From a virus, in the IMG/VR virus record IMGVR_UViG_3300046787_000675, positions 32,001 to 96,000 of that record: a stretch of 64,000 nucleotides of DNA. One strand, 5' to 3'. Below the pieces are notes generated by a model, which was given only the letters and a program-made list of their open reading frames with translations, had not been told where the DNA came from and did not search any database. Made by a program: the position numbers and the translations under genes. Shown piece after piece: positions 1-7,939 of the stretch; the first letter of the stretch is position 1; every line of letters begins with the position of its first letter.

Positions 1-719
1 CCTCCCCAATTTCCTATTTGAAACTGCTCACTCAAGAACGGCCAAAGGGATTTAAGAGAAGGGACTTTACTAAAGGGCAACTTACCTATGGTGATCTTAT
101 CACCTAACAAAAAGCCGAACCCAGCAGACTTGTAAATGTCTGCGAAATTGTTCTCCCCATCACGAGAGAATACAATTTCTCCTTTCGGGGAGAGGCCAAT
201 TGCTGTTCCTTTGAACTTGTGGAGTTTGTCTCTCCGATAGAGAGTACCCTCGGTATATTCCTTACCGACTCTCTCCACTAGGGAGAGTAAAATCTCGGTC
301 GATGGAACGACCCCGCGTTCGGGGCGAGCCCATCCAAAGATGGAAAGACCCTCTACGTTATCGGCTGCTGACGCGCCGTTCGCGTCTATCTGACTAACTT
401 CGCGAACGAAGTTAGCAAATTGCGGGTCGTCCGCCGCAGCGGGGTTTAAAACCAGCCACGTACTCAATATAGAGTCCGCATCGATCGAGCTAACCCGCAT
501 TTCCTCAATGTCCGGGAGGAATTGTCTCAGCCCAAGCCTCAGGGCATTCAACACCTGCAAGCAGGTTGCCGACAGAGGGAATCGTTCCCCTTCGCCATGA
601 TGGTCGAAGGAGAAACTATTTGTCTCTGGTTTCGCGGCATAGCCTCGGTAGGCACCATCAATGTATATGGTGTTGTTTTCCATTTCATTTACGGGATCAG
701 TTAGTAGTTGGATATTCAT
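1..719 (-). CDS. DHH-superfamily phosphoesterase-like protein, partial (runs off left edge; not in ORF track)
   Basis: ATG at 719 behind AAGGAG. My translation: MNIQLLTDPVNEMENNTIYIDG...SFDHHGEGERFPLSATCLQV...SSIDADSILS...QIDANG...GNWG. It has DHH and DxD motifs plus a WG(G)-like end. Confidence 0.55.
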   Translation of the reverse strand, partial: MNIQLLTDPVNEMENNTIYIDGAYRGYAAKPETNSFSFDHHGEGERFPLSATCLQVLNALRLGLRQFLPDIEEMRVSSIDADSILSTWLVLNPAAADDPQFANFVREVSQIDANGASAADNVEGLSIFGWARPERGVVPSTEILLSLVERVGKEYTEGTLYRRDKLHKFKGTAIGLSPKGEIVFSRDGENNFADIYKSAGFGFLLGDKITIGKLPFSKVPSLKSLWPFLSEQFQIGNWG

Positions 720-798
720 AATTTTCTCCTTATAAGACGGGCTATGACTGCCCTTATTTTTTCAAAACAACCCGCCTTGCATACACAAGCCAGAGTTT
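720..798 (-). promoter_or_regulatory. Conserved structured 5' leader and RBS downstream of ribozyme copy 1
   Basis: Near-copy of 1697-1773. Hairpins CUUGU-GUAU-GCAAG and GGGC-N7-GCCC, followed by AAGGAGAAAAUUAUG. Confidence 0.7.
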
Positions 799-861
799 AT
801 TACCCCCTGTAGTACAGGGACGCACTAAGCTTAAAATCTATTTATAGTCGCTTAGTCGACT
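799..861 (-). ncRNA. Pistol self-cleaving ribozyme, copy 1
   Basis: AGUCG-ACUAAG-CGACU-AUAAAUAG-AUU-UUAAG-CUUAGU-GCG-UCCCUGU-ACU-ACAGGGG-G^U-AAU. Shows P1, 6-bp pseudoknot, AAA linker, AAG, GCG, U.G-closed P3, GU site and P2. Predicted cut between 803 and 802. Confidence 0.9.
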
Positions 862-1307
862 TCCTCCTCATCCTCATCCAGAGCAGGGGCATTCTCCCAC
901 CACTCGTAGATCAACGATCTTAAATCCGACAGTCTGTCGGACTGTTCTCGTTGGAGATGAAGACGAGGATCTTCCTCGTCTAGGATCGGGAGACCTACAC
1001 GACTTTTTAAATCGTCAGGTAATTCTTCAAATCCTAGGTAGTTGCAATAGCTTACAGTCAGGACATCCTTTACATCCTGCTCTGTTACTTCCCCAACTAC
1101 GGGGAAGGTTTTAAATATATCTTTCGGGATGTCGAGGAATACCCCCGAAAGAGTTAAGTTGTTACTTACAGCCACTTCTTGGGAGGAACATGGCGGTCTT
1201 GTAGTTATTACAGGAGCGACGAGATAGGTCTCGTCGTTATCCCGTACAGCGCAAAGGAGGGCTTCGCGCCATTTAACTACCTTCAATCGAGGAGTTCCCA
1301 TAACCAT
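852..1307 (-). CDS. Hypothetical protein with acidic C-tail; last codons overlap ribozyme P1
   Basis: ORF track; GAGG RBS near the start. Confidence 0.6.
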   Translation of the reverse strand: MVMGTPRLKVVKWREALLCAVRDNDETYLVAPVITTRPPCSSQEVAVSNNLTLSGVFLDIPKDIFKTFPVVGEVTEQDVKDVLTVSYCNYLGFEELPDDLKSRVGLPILDEEDPRLHLQREQSDRLSDLRSLIYEWWENAPALDEDEEEVD

Positions 1308-1696
1308 TCCTCGTTGAATTCCTCAAAATCCTCTCTGAAGAATCTATTCGGAGTGGGCCCACCCCCTATGATTAGCCCTGAGGCGAGCATAAATATGCTA
1401 CCAAGTCCTTTCCCTAGAGAGCGGGAGGAGCCTCCCTCCTTCCAGAATTTCTCTGGAATATAGAGGGCTTCTTCATCGCCCTCTATATTCTCTCCTGGTA
1501 GACATGTGTAATGCTCCAGCTCATTTTGAGCATCCTCCTCTTCCCCTACGGCAGTAGGGTCATAGGTATACCCCTTTTTACGGGGTGTTTTCAATTTTAA
1601 CCCCGCAGGGGTTATAATTATAGATCCACCCTCTGGGGTGGGCAGTACGGAACCGCCCGCGGCGTAAAACTTATAATTTAGGTTTCTTTTATTCAT
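1283..1696 (-). CDS. Hypothetical protein
   Basis: ORF with strong AAGGAG RBS in the conserved leader. Confidence 0.7.
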   Translation of the reverse strand: MNKRNLNYKFYAAGGSVLPTPEGGSIIITPAGLKLKTPRKKGYTYDPTAVGEEEDAQNELEHYTCLPGENIEGDEEALYIPEKFWKEGGSSRSLGKGLGSIFMLASGLIIGGGPTPNRFFREDFEEFNEEWLWELLD

Positions 1697-1773
1697 AATT
1701 TTTCTCCTTATAAGACGGGCTTATGAAACCCTTATTTTAAAACAACTCGCCTTACCTACGTAAGCCCAAGTTT
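1697..1773 (-). promoter_or_regulatory. Conserved structured 5' leader and RBS downstream of ribozyme copy 2
   Basis: Hairpins CUUAC-GUAG-GUAAG and GGGU-N7-GCCC, covarying with 720-798. Confidence 0.7.
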
Positions 1774-1836
1774 ATTACCCCCTACAGCGTAGGGACGCAC
1801 TAGGCTTAAAATCTCTTTATAGTCGCCTAGTCGACT
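1774..1836 (-). ncRNA. Pistol self-cleaving ribozyme, copy 2
   Basis: AGUCG-ACUAGG-CGACU-AUAAAGAG-AUU-UUAAG-CCUAGU-GCG-UCCCUAC-GCU-GUAGGGG-G^U-AAU. Compensatory changes versus copy 1. Predicted cut 1778/1777. Confidence 0.9.
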
Positions 1837-1871
1837 GCTACGTTTTACGCCCAGCTCGGCGCGGACGGTTT

Positions 1872-2150
1872 TTACATCAAGTCTTCCTTAGATGCGATTC
1901 CGTCTGCTATTTTAATAGCAGTGTGTCGGAACCATCCGAGAAGACTGTCCACGTCTTGGCTATTTTGCCAGTGGTATTCCTGGCAGGTTAGCCCTCTGGC
2001 GGGACAGCCCTTAATGTAGAACCTATACCCTTTGTACAGGATATAGATTCCATCCGCCTCTACTCTAAGATCGTAGTCCTTTTCAGGTAATACATTAGAG
2101 TAGAAGGCGATTTCTTGGATTAGATCCAAGGTATCTTTGTTATTTAACAT
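1872..2150 (-). CDS. Hypothetical protein
   Basis: ORF with AAGGAG RBS. Confidence 0.7.
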   Translation of the reverse strand: MLNNKDTLDLIQEIAFYSNVLPEKDYDLRVEADGIYILYKGYRFYIKGCPARGLTCQEYHWQNSQDVDSLLGWFRHTAIKIADGIASKEDLM

Positions 2151-2184
2151 GGATACTCCTTGTAGGCTGGTCAGGCCTGTTAAA

Positions 2185-2649
2185 TTATTTTTTTAAGAGC
2201 ATAACGCGACCTACGTTAAACACTTTGACATGGTAATTTAGAGCCCTCGTTTCAGCCTCATCGGCTTCTGCTAAGTACTCCGGTGTGACCCATACTCCTT
2301 TGTTCAAAACCCTTTCAAGTTTTTGCACATAAGGTGCGGAGTCATGTCCATGTCCACCGAAAAATATTACAGCCTCGGTGTGGCTGTTGGCTTGTTGCCA
2401 TGCCGCACATCCGCTGTGGCTACGCCGTTTAACTTGAACCGGGTAAACGATACCGGTGCTCTTGTTTGCAAGAGCTACGTCCACTCCCTGATGATCCAGG
2501 TCATGAGTGATGAACGCCTCCCAGCCTCTAATCTGGTCGATTACCCTTACGAGGATTTCCTCGTTTAGATAACCAACCTCTTGAGCACGGCTGGCGTTCA
2601 CTGGGATACGTGCTTTTTTATCCCAATCATACGACTTAAAAACTTTCAT
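2185..2649 (-). CDS. Possible PD-(D/E)xK-fold nuclease-like protein
   Basis: E...DHQGVDVAL...PVQVKRR resembles the D...(Q/E)xK core; AAGGA RBS. Confidence 0.45.
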   Translation of the reverse strand: MKVFKSYDWDKKARIPVNASRAQEVGYLNEEILVRVIDQIRGWEAFITHDLDHQGVDVALANKSTGIVYPVQVKRRSHSGCAAWQQANSHTEAVIFFGGHGHDSAPYVQKLERVLNKGVWVTPEYLAEADEAETRALNYHVKVFNVGRVMLLKK

Positions 2650-2666
2650 AAAAAAATCCTTATAAT

Positions 2667-2729
2667 ATTACCCCCTACAGCGTAGGGACGCACTAAGCTT
2701 AAAATCTATTTATAGTCGCCTAGTCGACT
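2667..2729 (-). ncRNA. Pistol self-cleaving ribozyme, copy 3
   Basis: AGUCG-ACUAGG-CGACU-AUAAAUAG-AUU-UUAAG-CUUAGU-GCG-UCCCUAC-GCU-GUAGGGG-G^U-AAU. The pseudoknot has a G.U wobble that pairs only on the minus strand. Predicted cut 2671/2670. Confidence 0.9.
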
Positions 2730-2737
2730 GTTAAGAA

Positions 2738-3070
2738 CTACCAGGGGTAGCGGTAGTTCTTTGTTCCGGACCATTTAAACCTAGGGTTCCTAGGCACCCC
2801 CCGTAGGTCCATATACGGGAGGTGAAAAGATATTTGATGCCCTTTCCAACATACGTATAGTATGTCAGAAAAGGCATCTCCACCAATTACTACCTTAGGT
2901 AGATCGGGGAGATTTTTATCTCTTTTTATTTTCCATTCTTTTATGAACAGATCAAGGTATTTCTCCTTGTGTTCATAAAAGAATGTAGAGTCTTCCTTGG
3001 CTCGTATATTGGCCAAGAAAGCTCTTTTTAGTAAATAATTCAGGAATTTATCCATCCATAGATACTCCAT
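2738..3070 (-). CDS. Hypothetical phage protein (QISFH motif); true start may be 3055
   Basis: ORF track; GGAG lies 9 nt before the internal Met (MDKFL). Confidence 0.6.
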   Translation of the reverse strand: MEYLWMDKFLNYLLKRAFLANIRAKEDSTFFYEHKEKYLDLFIKEWKIKRDKNLPDLPKVVIGGDAFSDILYVCWKGHQISFHLPYMDLRGVPRNPRFKWSGTKNYRYPW

Positions 3071-3500
3071 TAAGGTTGTTACATAGTAGAGATAGCATCC
3101 GCGCTATTTCTACCGACATGTACTCACCTTGTTAAGTACACAGCTAAGGTTTTTTATGGGTCATATAGAGGATACCTGTAAAACCCCTACTAGAAAGTCT
3201 TTCGCGCCTTCTTTCGCGCCCCCTTGGGGGAACTGTGGTACACATGAGCCTGTACCAAGCCCCGGGGAAACTAGTGATCCTTCACTAGAGACTGATGTCC
3301 CGGAATTTTTCATTTGTATCCCGCCCCGCTTTGCGGTCGGCGGATAATTACTGTTTCATAATTTCGCTCCTTATTAAAGACGGGCTTATGAAACCCTACT
3401 GAATTTATATACTTCTACTCACCCACTGTAGTAAATAGAAGGGGCTACAAGTTCAGTTACTACTTGTAGCCCTATTCAAAGATAACTATGCGCTATCTCA
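3070..3500 (-). ncRNA. Candidate structured noncoding RNA or long leader
   Basis: No convincing minus-strand CDS. At least 8 hairpins, e.g. 3236-3257, 3271-3288, 3320-3344, 3412-3441, 3442-3472, 3480-3498. Confidence 0.45.
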
Positions 3501-3525
3501 TTATATTATGACCGTTTTTACCTAA
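3500..3525 (-). promoter_or_regulatory. Putative promoter (-10 TATAAT at 3505-3500)
   Basis: CATAATATAAT immediately upstream of the hairpin cluster; no canonical -35. Confidence 0.35.
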
Positions 3526-3803
3526 AAATTAAGGCTATATAATCCTGTTACTTTAGGAGTATTATAGCCCCTAGTAAGCAGGTTAGAAAAAACGATAAAA
3601 CACAAAATAACTGATAGTTATCGAGTTTTTTATTTAGAGATGCAATATCGTTTTTATTGACTTCATAATTAGTTTTAATATCTGTCAACCGATAATCTAT
3701 ATCGTTTCTATGATCTATATTTAACCGAAGGTCTCTTTGGATGCCTTCAGAAACTGTCTTGATTTTATCTATATTTTTATGAAGCTTCTTTAAATTTTTT
3801 TTC

Positions 3804-4274
3804 TTATTTTTCATCGTCTACCTCTACGGCATTATACAATAGAGAAACTGTATTTTCAAACGCTGTTCGAAGAAGCGTGTCGCTTATTACGAAAGGATAT
3901 ACCACTCCTGTACGTGCTTTGCCAGCCATAACACCGTCCACAATAAAATCCAGTATATCAATAAGATGTATATCTTCCGGTATACCATCCTCTGCTGTTA
4001 AATGGTGCCTGTTTACTTTCCTATGGTTATCCCACCAGGTAGTGTTCTTAAAGCCCCCGACGAAATCTCTATGGAAACCGTCGATGTCCGAGAACTTGTC
4101 ATGATCATGGTGTTTAACCTGTTCATCAATCAGCTCTTTAAAGAAGTCAAACCCTTTACGGATATCCCCTACATGCTGCTCAGAGCTTTTTAACAGTTGT
4201 TCTTTCGTTACCTTTGTGTAATCGCAGCTTCGTGTGTCAGCTGTCTCGCTTTTGCGAATTGTTATTTTTTTCAT
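3804..4274 (-). CDS. His/Asp-rich HD-like phage protein (DUF5662-like)
   Basis: H...HHDHDK...HRKVNRHH...D motif pattern. Confidence 0.45.
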   Translation of the reverse strand: MKKITIRKSETADTRSCDYTKVTKEQLLKSSEQHVGDIRKGFDFFKELIDEQVKHHDHDKFSDIDGFHRDFVGGFKNTTWWDNHRKVNRHHLTAEDGIPEDIHLIDILDFIVDGVMAGKARTGVVYPFVISDTLLRTAFENTVSLLYNAVEVDDEK

Positions 4275-5218
4275 ATTTTACCTTTTTTGAAATATTCCCA
4301 CAATGGCTGAGGAAATTTAACATTACTTTTTATAAGCTTTGCCACTTCATCGTTGCCATTAACTAATGACTGGGCTATTATATTTTCTGCCAGCTTTTTA
4401 GAGGCTTTACAGTTTACTGTTGAATCACAAATAGGTGTATACCAGAACAGGTATGAATCTCCTAACTTTATGAAATTTATACATCTTATTACACTTTTTG
4501 GATTTTCTAAACGAACAAATGCTACACAGCCCGAATAACTACAAGATACCTTGGTATTATACTGGGCAAAAGGATTTAGCTCTTCTACTATACTTTTTGC
4601 AATATCACCTGATTTTGTTCCTATTTCCAGTTTTTGAAGCTCTGTATCTTCTTTCTTCTTAACTACTGACTCATATATTTCTTTTAAGCTCATACTTTTA
4701 TCTTTTCCTTATTCTTTAAACCATTTATGGAAACCGCATAGTTCCCAATTAACCGGTTCTATCTCTTTTGCGAATTTTATTACTCGAATCTTATTAACGG
4801 ATCTAACTATAGACTGCCAAATAGTTTCATTATCGTAGTCGTATACTACCTGCAAGGCAATACATATACCAGAGTAGAAAGATATTTCCGATGGTGCATA
4901 AGGTAGTTCTTTATCTTGCTCATTCATATCCTCGTCTGACATGCCTATTAGACTGTATTTATCATCTTCAGCCATAATCTACTCCTTTTTCTTTTTTGTC
5001 AGTATTTTCATTTTATTTCCTTTTCCTGTTGTTTAATACCATCCTGTTAGTAGCAATGGCATCCCTCGCATGTTCCAGAGTAGAGATCAGACACTTATCT
5101 TCGGGAGATAAGTCGCCGGCTTTCTGCAGCTTCTCTATTTCCTCTGTGTAGTAGTATATCTGCCTGTTCATCTGCTCCAGCTCCTTTGCATGCTGTTCGC
5201 GTGTCAGAGCATTGTTGC

Positions 5219-5638
5219 TCATTGCTTATCTTCCTTTGCTTTCAGGTTGTTTATCAGTTTAAACCACTCTGCGTCATCCCCTCTTCTCAGTCCTTGTTTA
5301 TCGATACCGTTATACATATCGTTATACAGACGGGTAAGCCCTGTAACCGGTCCGTTTAATCTCTGTACGAGTACGTATATAATTCTTACGTTGTCTGCAC
5401 GTATGGCGTCTATAAGCTCAAGCTTATTACACCATTCAGTGCCCATGTCGCGAGGGTACAGGTGCTTAGATATATCACAGTTCAGGGTCTTTGCCATAAT
5501 AGATCCTGCTATACATACATGACACTTGTCTCCTTCAACTATATGGAATGCGTCCGGGTCGAAGATATATCTACTGTCCTGCTTCACGAGCATCATATCT
5601 CTATAGGCTGTCTCCAGGAGTTCAATTAATTCTTTCAT
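5219..5638 (-). CDS. Hypothetical protein, paralog of 6416-6826
   Basis: Shared LIELLETA-RDM-LVK-D--YIFD--AFH---G-KCHVC-AG-IMAKTL. Confidence 0.75.
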   Translation of the reverse strand: MKELIELLETAYRDMMLVKQDSRYIFDPDAFHIVEGDKCHVCIAGSIMAKTLNCDISKHLYPRDMGTEWCNKLELIDAIRADNVRIIYVLVQRLNGPVTGLTRLYNDMYNGIDKQGLRRGDDAEWFKLINNLKAKEDKQ

Positions 5639-5667
5639 TTTATAAACACCTTTAGTTGTTATTACTT

Positions 5668-6267
5668 TTATACACAGTAGAGCAGCGTAGGGTTGTTTTT
5701 ATGTATTCCTACATCCTTCCACTCCGGTTTTAGGGCGGTAAAAGAGGCTAGGTTAAAAGGAGTTGTAAGTATATGGCAACCGTTCTTTGTCGGAATAGTC
5801 GTCAAGATCTTATTCTTCTCTAGAGGCTCTATCTTGGATAGAATATCTCTTAACTCTACGATATTTATATCGTACCATTCAGGGTCATCGATATCCAGTA
5901 TCCATACTTTAGATGCGTCGGGTGCGTTTACCGACCCGGACGCAGAGTCAAATAAATGATCATTCCGTAGTTGCCCGCACGAAATTCCTTTAGCCAGTTC
6001 TGTTAACATAAACATCGTAGACTTGTAGAATGACTTTTTATTAAGGTTCAGATACGCCCGACCTTTAATAGCTTTGCAGATATTTACAATGTCGTCTTTC
6101 ATCTTCCATAGCTTCTCTACACTTGTTATTGTGAAAGAGCACACCTTATGTGTACTCTGCGTCATTTCCGGATTATCTTTCCGTCGCTTTATGATTTGTA
6201 TAAAATAGTAGTCGTCTGGAGACTTAAAATCCAGGAGAGGAGCTATTCTTTCAAAATTATCTATCAT
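5668..6267 (-). CDS. Conserved phage protein with AEP/prim-pol-like motifs
   Basis: WILDIDD (DxD) and PTKNGCHIL (T-xx-G-x-H) motifs. Confidence 0.45.
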   Translation of the reverse strand: MIDNFERIAPLLDFKSPDDYYFIQIIKRRKDNPEMTQSTHKVCSFTITSVEKLWKMKDDIVNICKAIKGRAYLNLNKKSFYKSTMFMLTELAKGISCGQLRNDHLFDSASGSVNAPDASKVWILDIDDPEWYDINIVELRDILSKIEPLEKNKILTTIPTKNGCHILTTPFNLASFTALKPEWKDVGIHKNNPTLLYCV

Positions 6268-6415
6268 ACCTTATTCCTTTTTGTCTTGTTTAATTTCTTC
6301 CGGCTTTTAAGTATTTCTACATCGTAGAAAAGACTGCCGTCAGTATGTCTCTTATCCGTATGTATGTTCAGCACATAACGGGCCTTTCCAATATTCTGAT
6401 GTACGTAAAAATGTT

Positions 6416-6826
6416 TCATTTATTTAATCCTTTTAGATTGTCTATTATATGGAACCAAGCATCGTCGTCTCCGTTTTTTATATCTTGGAGGTCTATACCT
6501 GCGTACATGACTTCTAAATCAGGTATTTCCCAGTATAGCCTTCGCAAGGTATCTCGTATACTGCAGCGATTGTCGAGCCTTATCTCATCTATAAGACATA
6601 ATTTTAAATCCCATTCCCTACCCAGCTGCCAGGGATACTTTGTATCGCGTCTATAACAATGTAAAGTCTTTGCCATAATAGCACCTGCCACACATACATG
6701 ACATTTATTCCCTACTGCAGTATGAAACGCATTTACATCGAAAATGTATTTAGTATCTTTCTTCACTAGTTTCATATCGCGATGAGCTGTCTCCAAAAGC
6801 TCTATTAGCCCTTTCATAAACAACAC
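6416..6826 (-). CDS. Hypothetical protein, paralog of 5219-5638
   Basis: Clear sequence similarity over the full length. Confidence 0.75.
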   Translation of the reverse strand: MLFMKGLIELLETAHRDMKLVKKDTKYIFDVNAFHTAVGNKCHVCVAGAIMAKTLHCYRRDTKYPWQLGREWDLKLCLIDEIRLDNRCSIRDTLRRLYWEIPDLEVMYAGIDLQDIKNGDDDAWFHIIDNLKGLNK

Positions 6827-7032
6827 CTCTTATATTTCTTTCCACTGCCACATAGGCAAGGGTCGTTTCTACCGAGTTTATTAGGGGCGTAGTACTGCTC
6901 TACTCTACAGGTGAGGACTCTATTAAAGTTCTCAATTTCAGAGTTATATTGTCGCCTAGTCGCACACTTTATACATAGTTCTTCGCTTTCTATTCTAGGA
7001 GGGTAATACCCGCACTCAGCACACACTTCCAT
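6814..7032 (-). CDS. SEC-C metal-binding motif protein
   Basis: C-terminal GRNDPCLCGSGKKYKRCC; N-terminal CxxC...CxxC. Confidence 0.85.
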   Translation of the reverse strand: MEVCAECGYYPPRIESEELCIKCATRRQYNSEIENFNRVLTCRVEQYYAPNKLGRNDPCLCGSGKKYKRCCL

Positions 7033-7243
7033 AATGTTCCTTTAAATTATTTGTTTCTTCGGAAGATACATACCTGCTATTCCAATCTGTTATTACCGAC
7101 CTCTTAGTAGACCGCTTCATACTGCAGCACCATGTCATGCAAGTTATCGTCCATGTAGGTCTTTTACCTGTACGTGATGTCTTCTCCGGGTCGAAAGCAT
7201 TCGAACCGCAGAAAGGGCATTTTTTTAATTTATAGTTACACAT
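7016..7243 (-). CDS. Lar-family (restriction alleviation-like) zinc-ribbon protein
   Basis: LKKCPFCGS...I-C--WC...WNSR. Confidence 0.7.
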   Translation of the reverse strand: MCNYKLKKCPFCGSNAFDPEKTSRTGKRPTWTITCMTWCCSMKRSTKRSVITDWNSRYVSSEETNNLKEHYGSVC

Positions 7244-7384
7244 ACTTCTTCACCTATATACCATTGAAACAGTTCTGTGTGCAAAGGGTACAACAGTTAC
7301 ATAAGGTCTTATCACTGTGTATATTATCCTGATTTATTTTTTATATCAGGTTCTTTTATACCGAACCATTGTCAATCTCCTGCT

Positions 7385-7939
7385 TTATTTTTCCTTTTGT
7401 TGTTTGTTAGGTGACATATCCGCAAGTGCTTGCACACCTGTTTTAAACTCGCCGTTAATAACGACACCGGAGGGTGCCCATCCAGCACCGTAAACGAAGG
7501 CCTCAGCTTCTTTACGAGTCCAGGGGTCACAAGGCATCTGAAATAAGCCTGTCCCTCTTTTTCTTCTGGCTTGGTCACAAAAGTCCACGTTTCCCACAAG
7601 GTACTCTACGAGCTCTTCTTTTGTCGCAAAAGGAGGCGTTACAGGAGTTCCTTCCGAAACAGTTTCGTATACTTGGTACCAAGTCATTTCTTCAGGCTTC
7701 CAGTCCGGGCGGTAATACTTGACGCTAGGGGGCTCTCCTGCCCACTCGGCGTAATAGCGATATTCTGAACGGTTATCTGTTTTCTGGTCTGGATGTTCTC
7801 CACGCTCCCATTGGAGGTGCTCCGATATCCATTCAGCTATATCCTCTGTGTAGGGTCGGTCGCACAACGGTTGGTAGTTTCCGTCTTCTTTTTTAGGGTG
7901 CTCCCAATCAGGGGGCACTCGTCTGATTTCTCTTCCCAT
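7385..7939 (-). CDS. Conserved hypothetical phage protein
   Basis: MGREIRRVPPDWEHP...YQVYETVSEGTPVTPPF; AAGGA RBS. Confidence 0.7.
   Translation of the reverse strand: MGREIRRVPPDWEHPKKEDGNYQPLCDRPYTEDIAEWISEHLQWERGEHPDQKTDNRSEYRYYAEWAGEPPSVKYYRPDWKPEEMTWYQVYETVSEGTPVTPPFATKEELVEYLVGNVDFCDQARRKRGTGLFQMPCDPWTRKEAEAFVYGAGWAPSGVVINGEFKTGVQALADMSPNKQQKEK

Noticed and set aside
1700-1735. AAGCCCG motif resembling the twister ribozyme P4 loop
   Set aside because: The other twister stems and pseudoknots are absent.
1837-1871. GC-rich GCGCCGAGCUGGGCG resembling part of an HDV-like ribozyme
   Set aside because: I could not build the nested double pseudoknot; it is only a short hairpin.
720-2730. 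Repeats read as a CRISPR array, attC sites or simple promoters
   Set aside because: Spacing is about 0.9-1 kb with genes in between, and there are no cas or integrase genes. The pseudoknot covariation and catalytic residues fit a pistol ribozyme far better.
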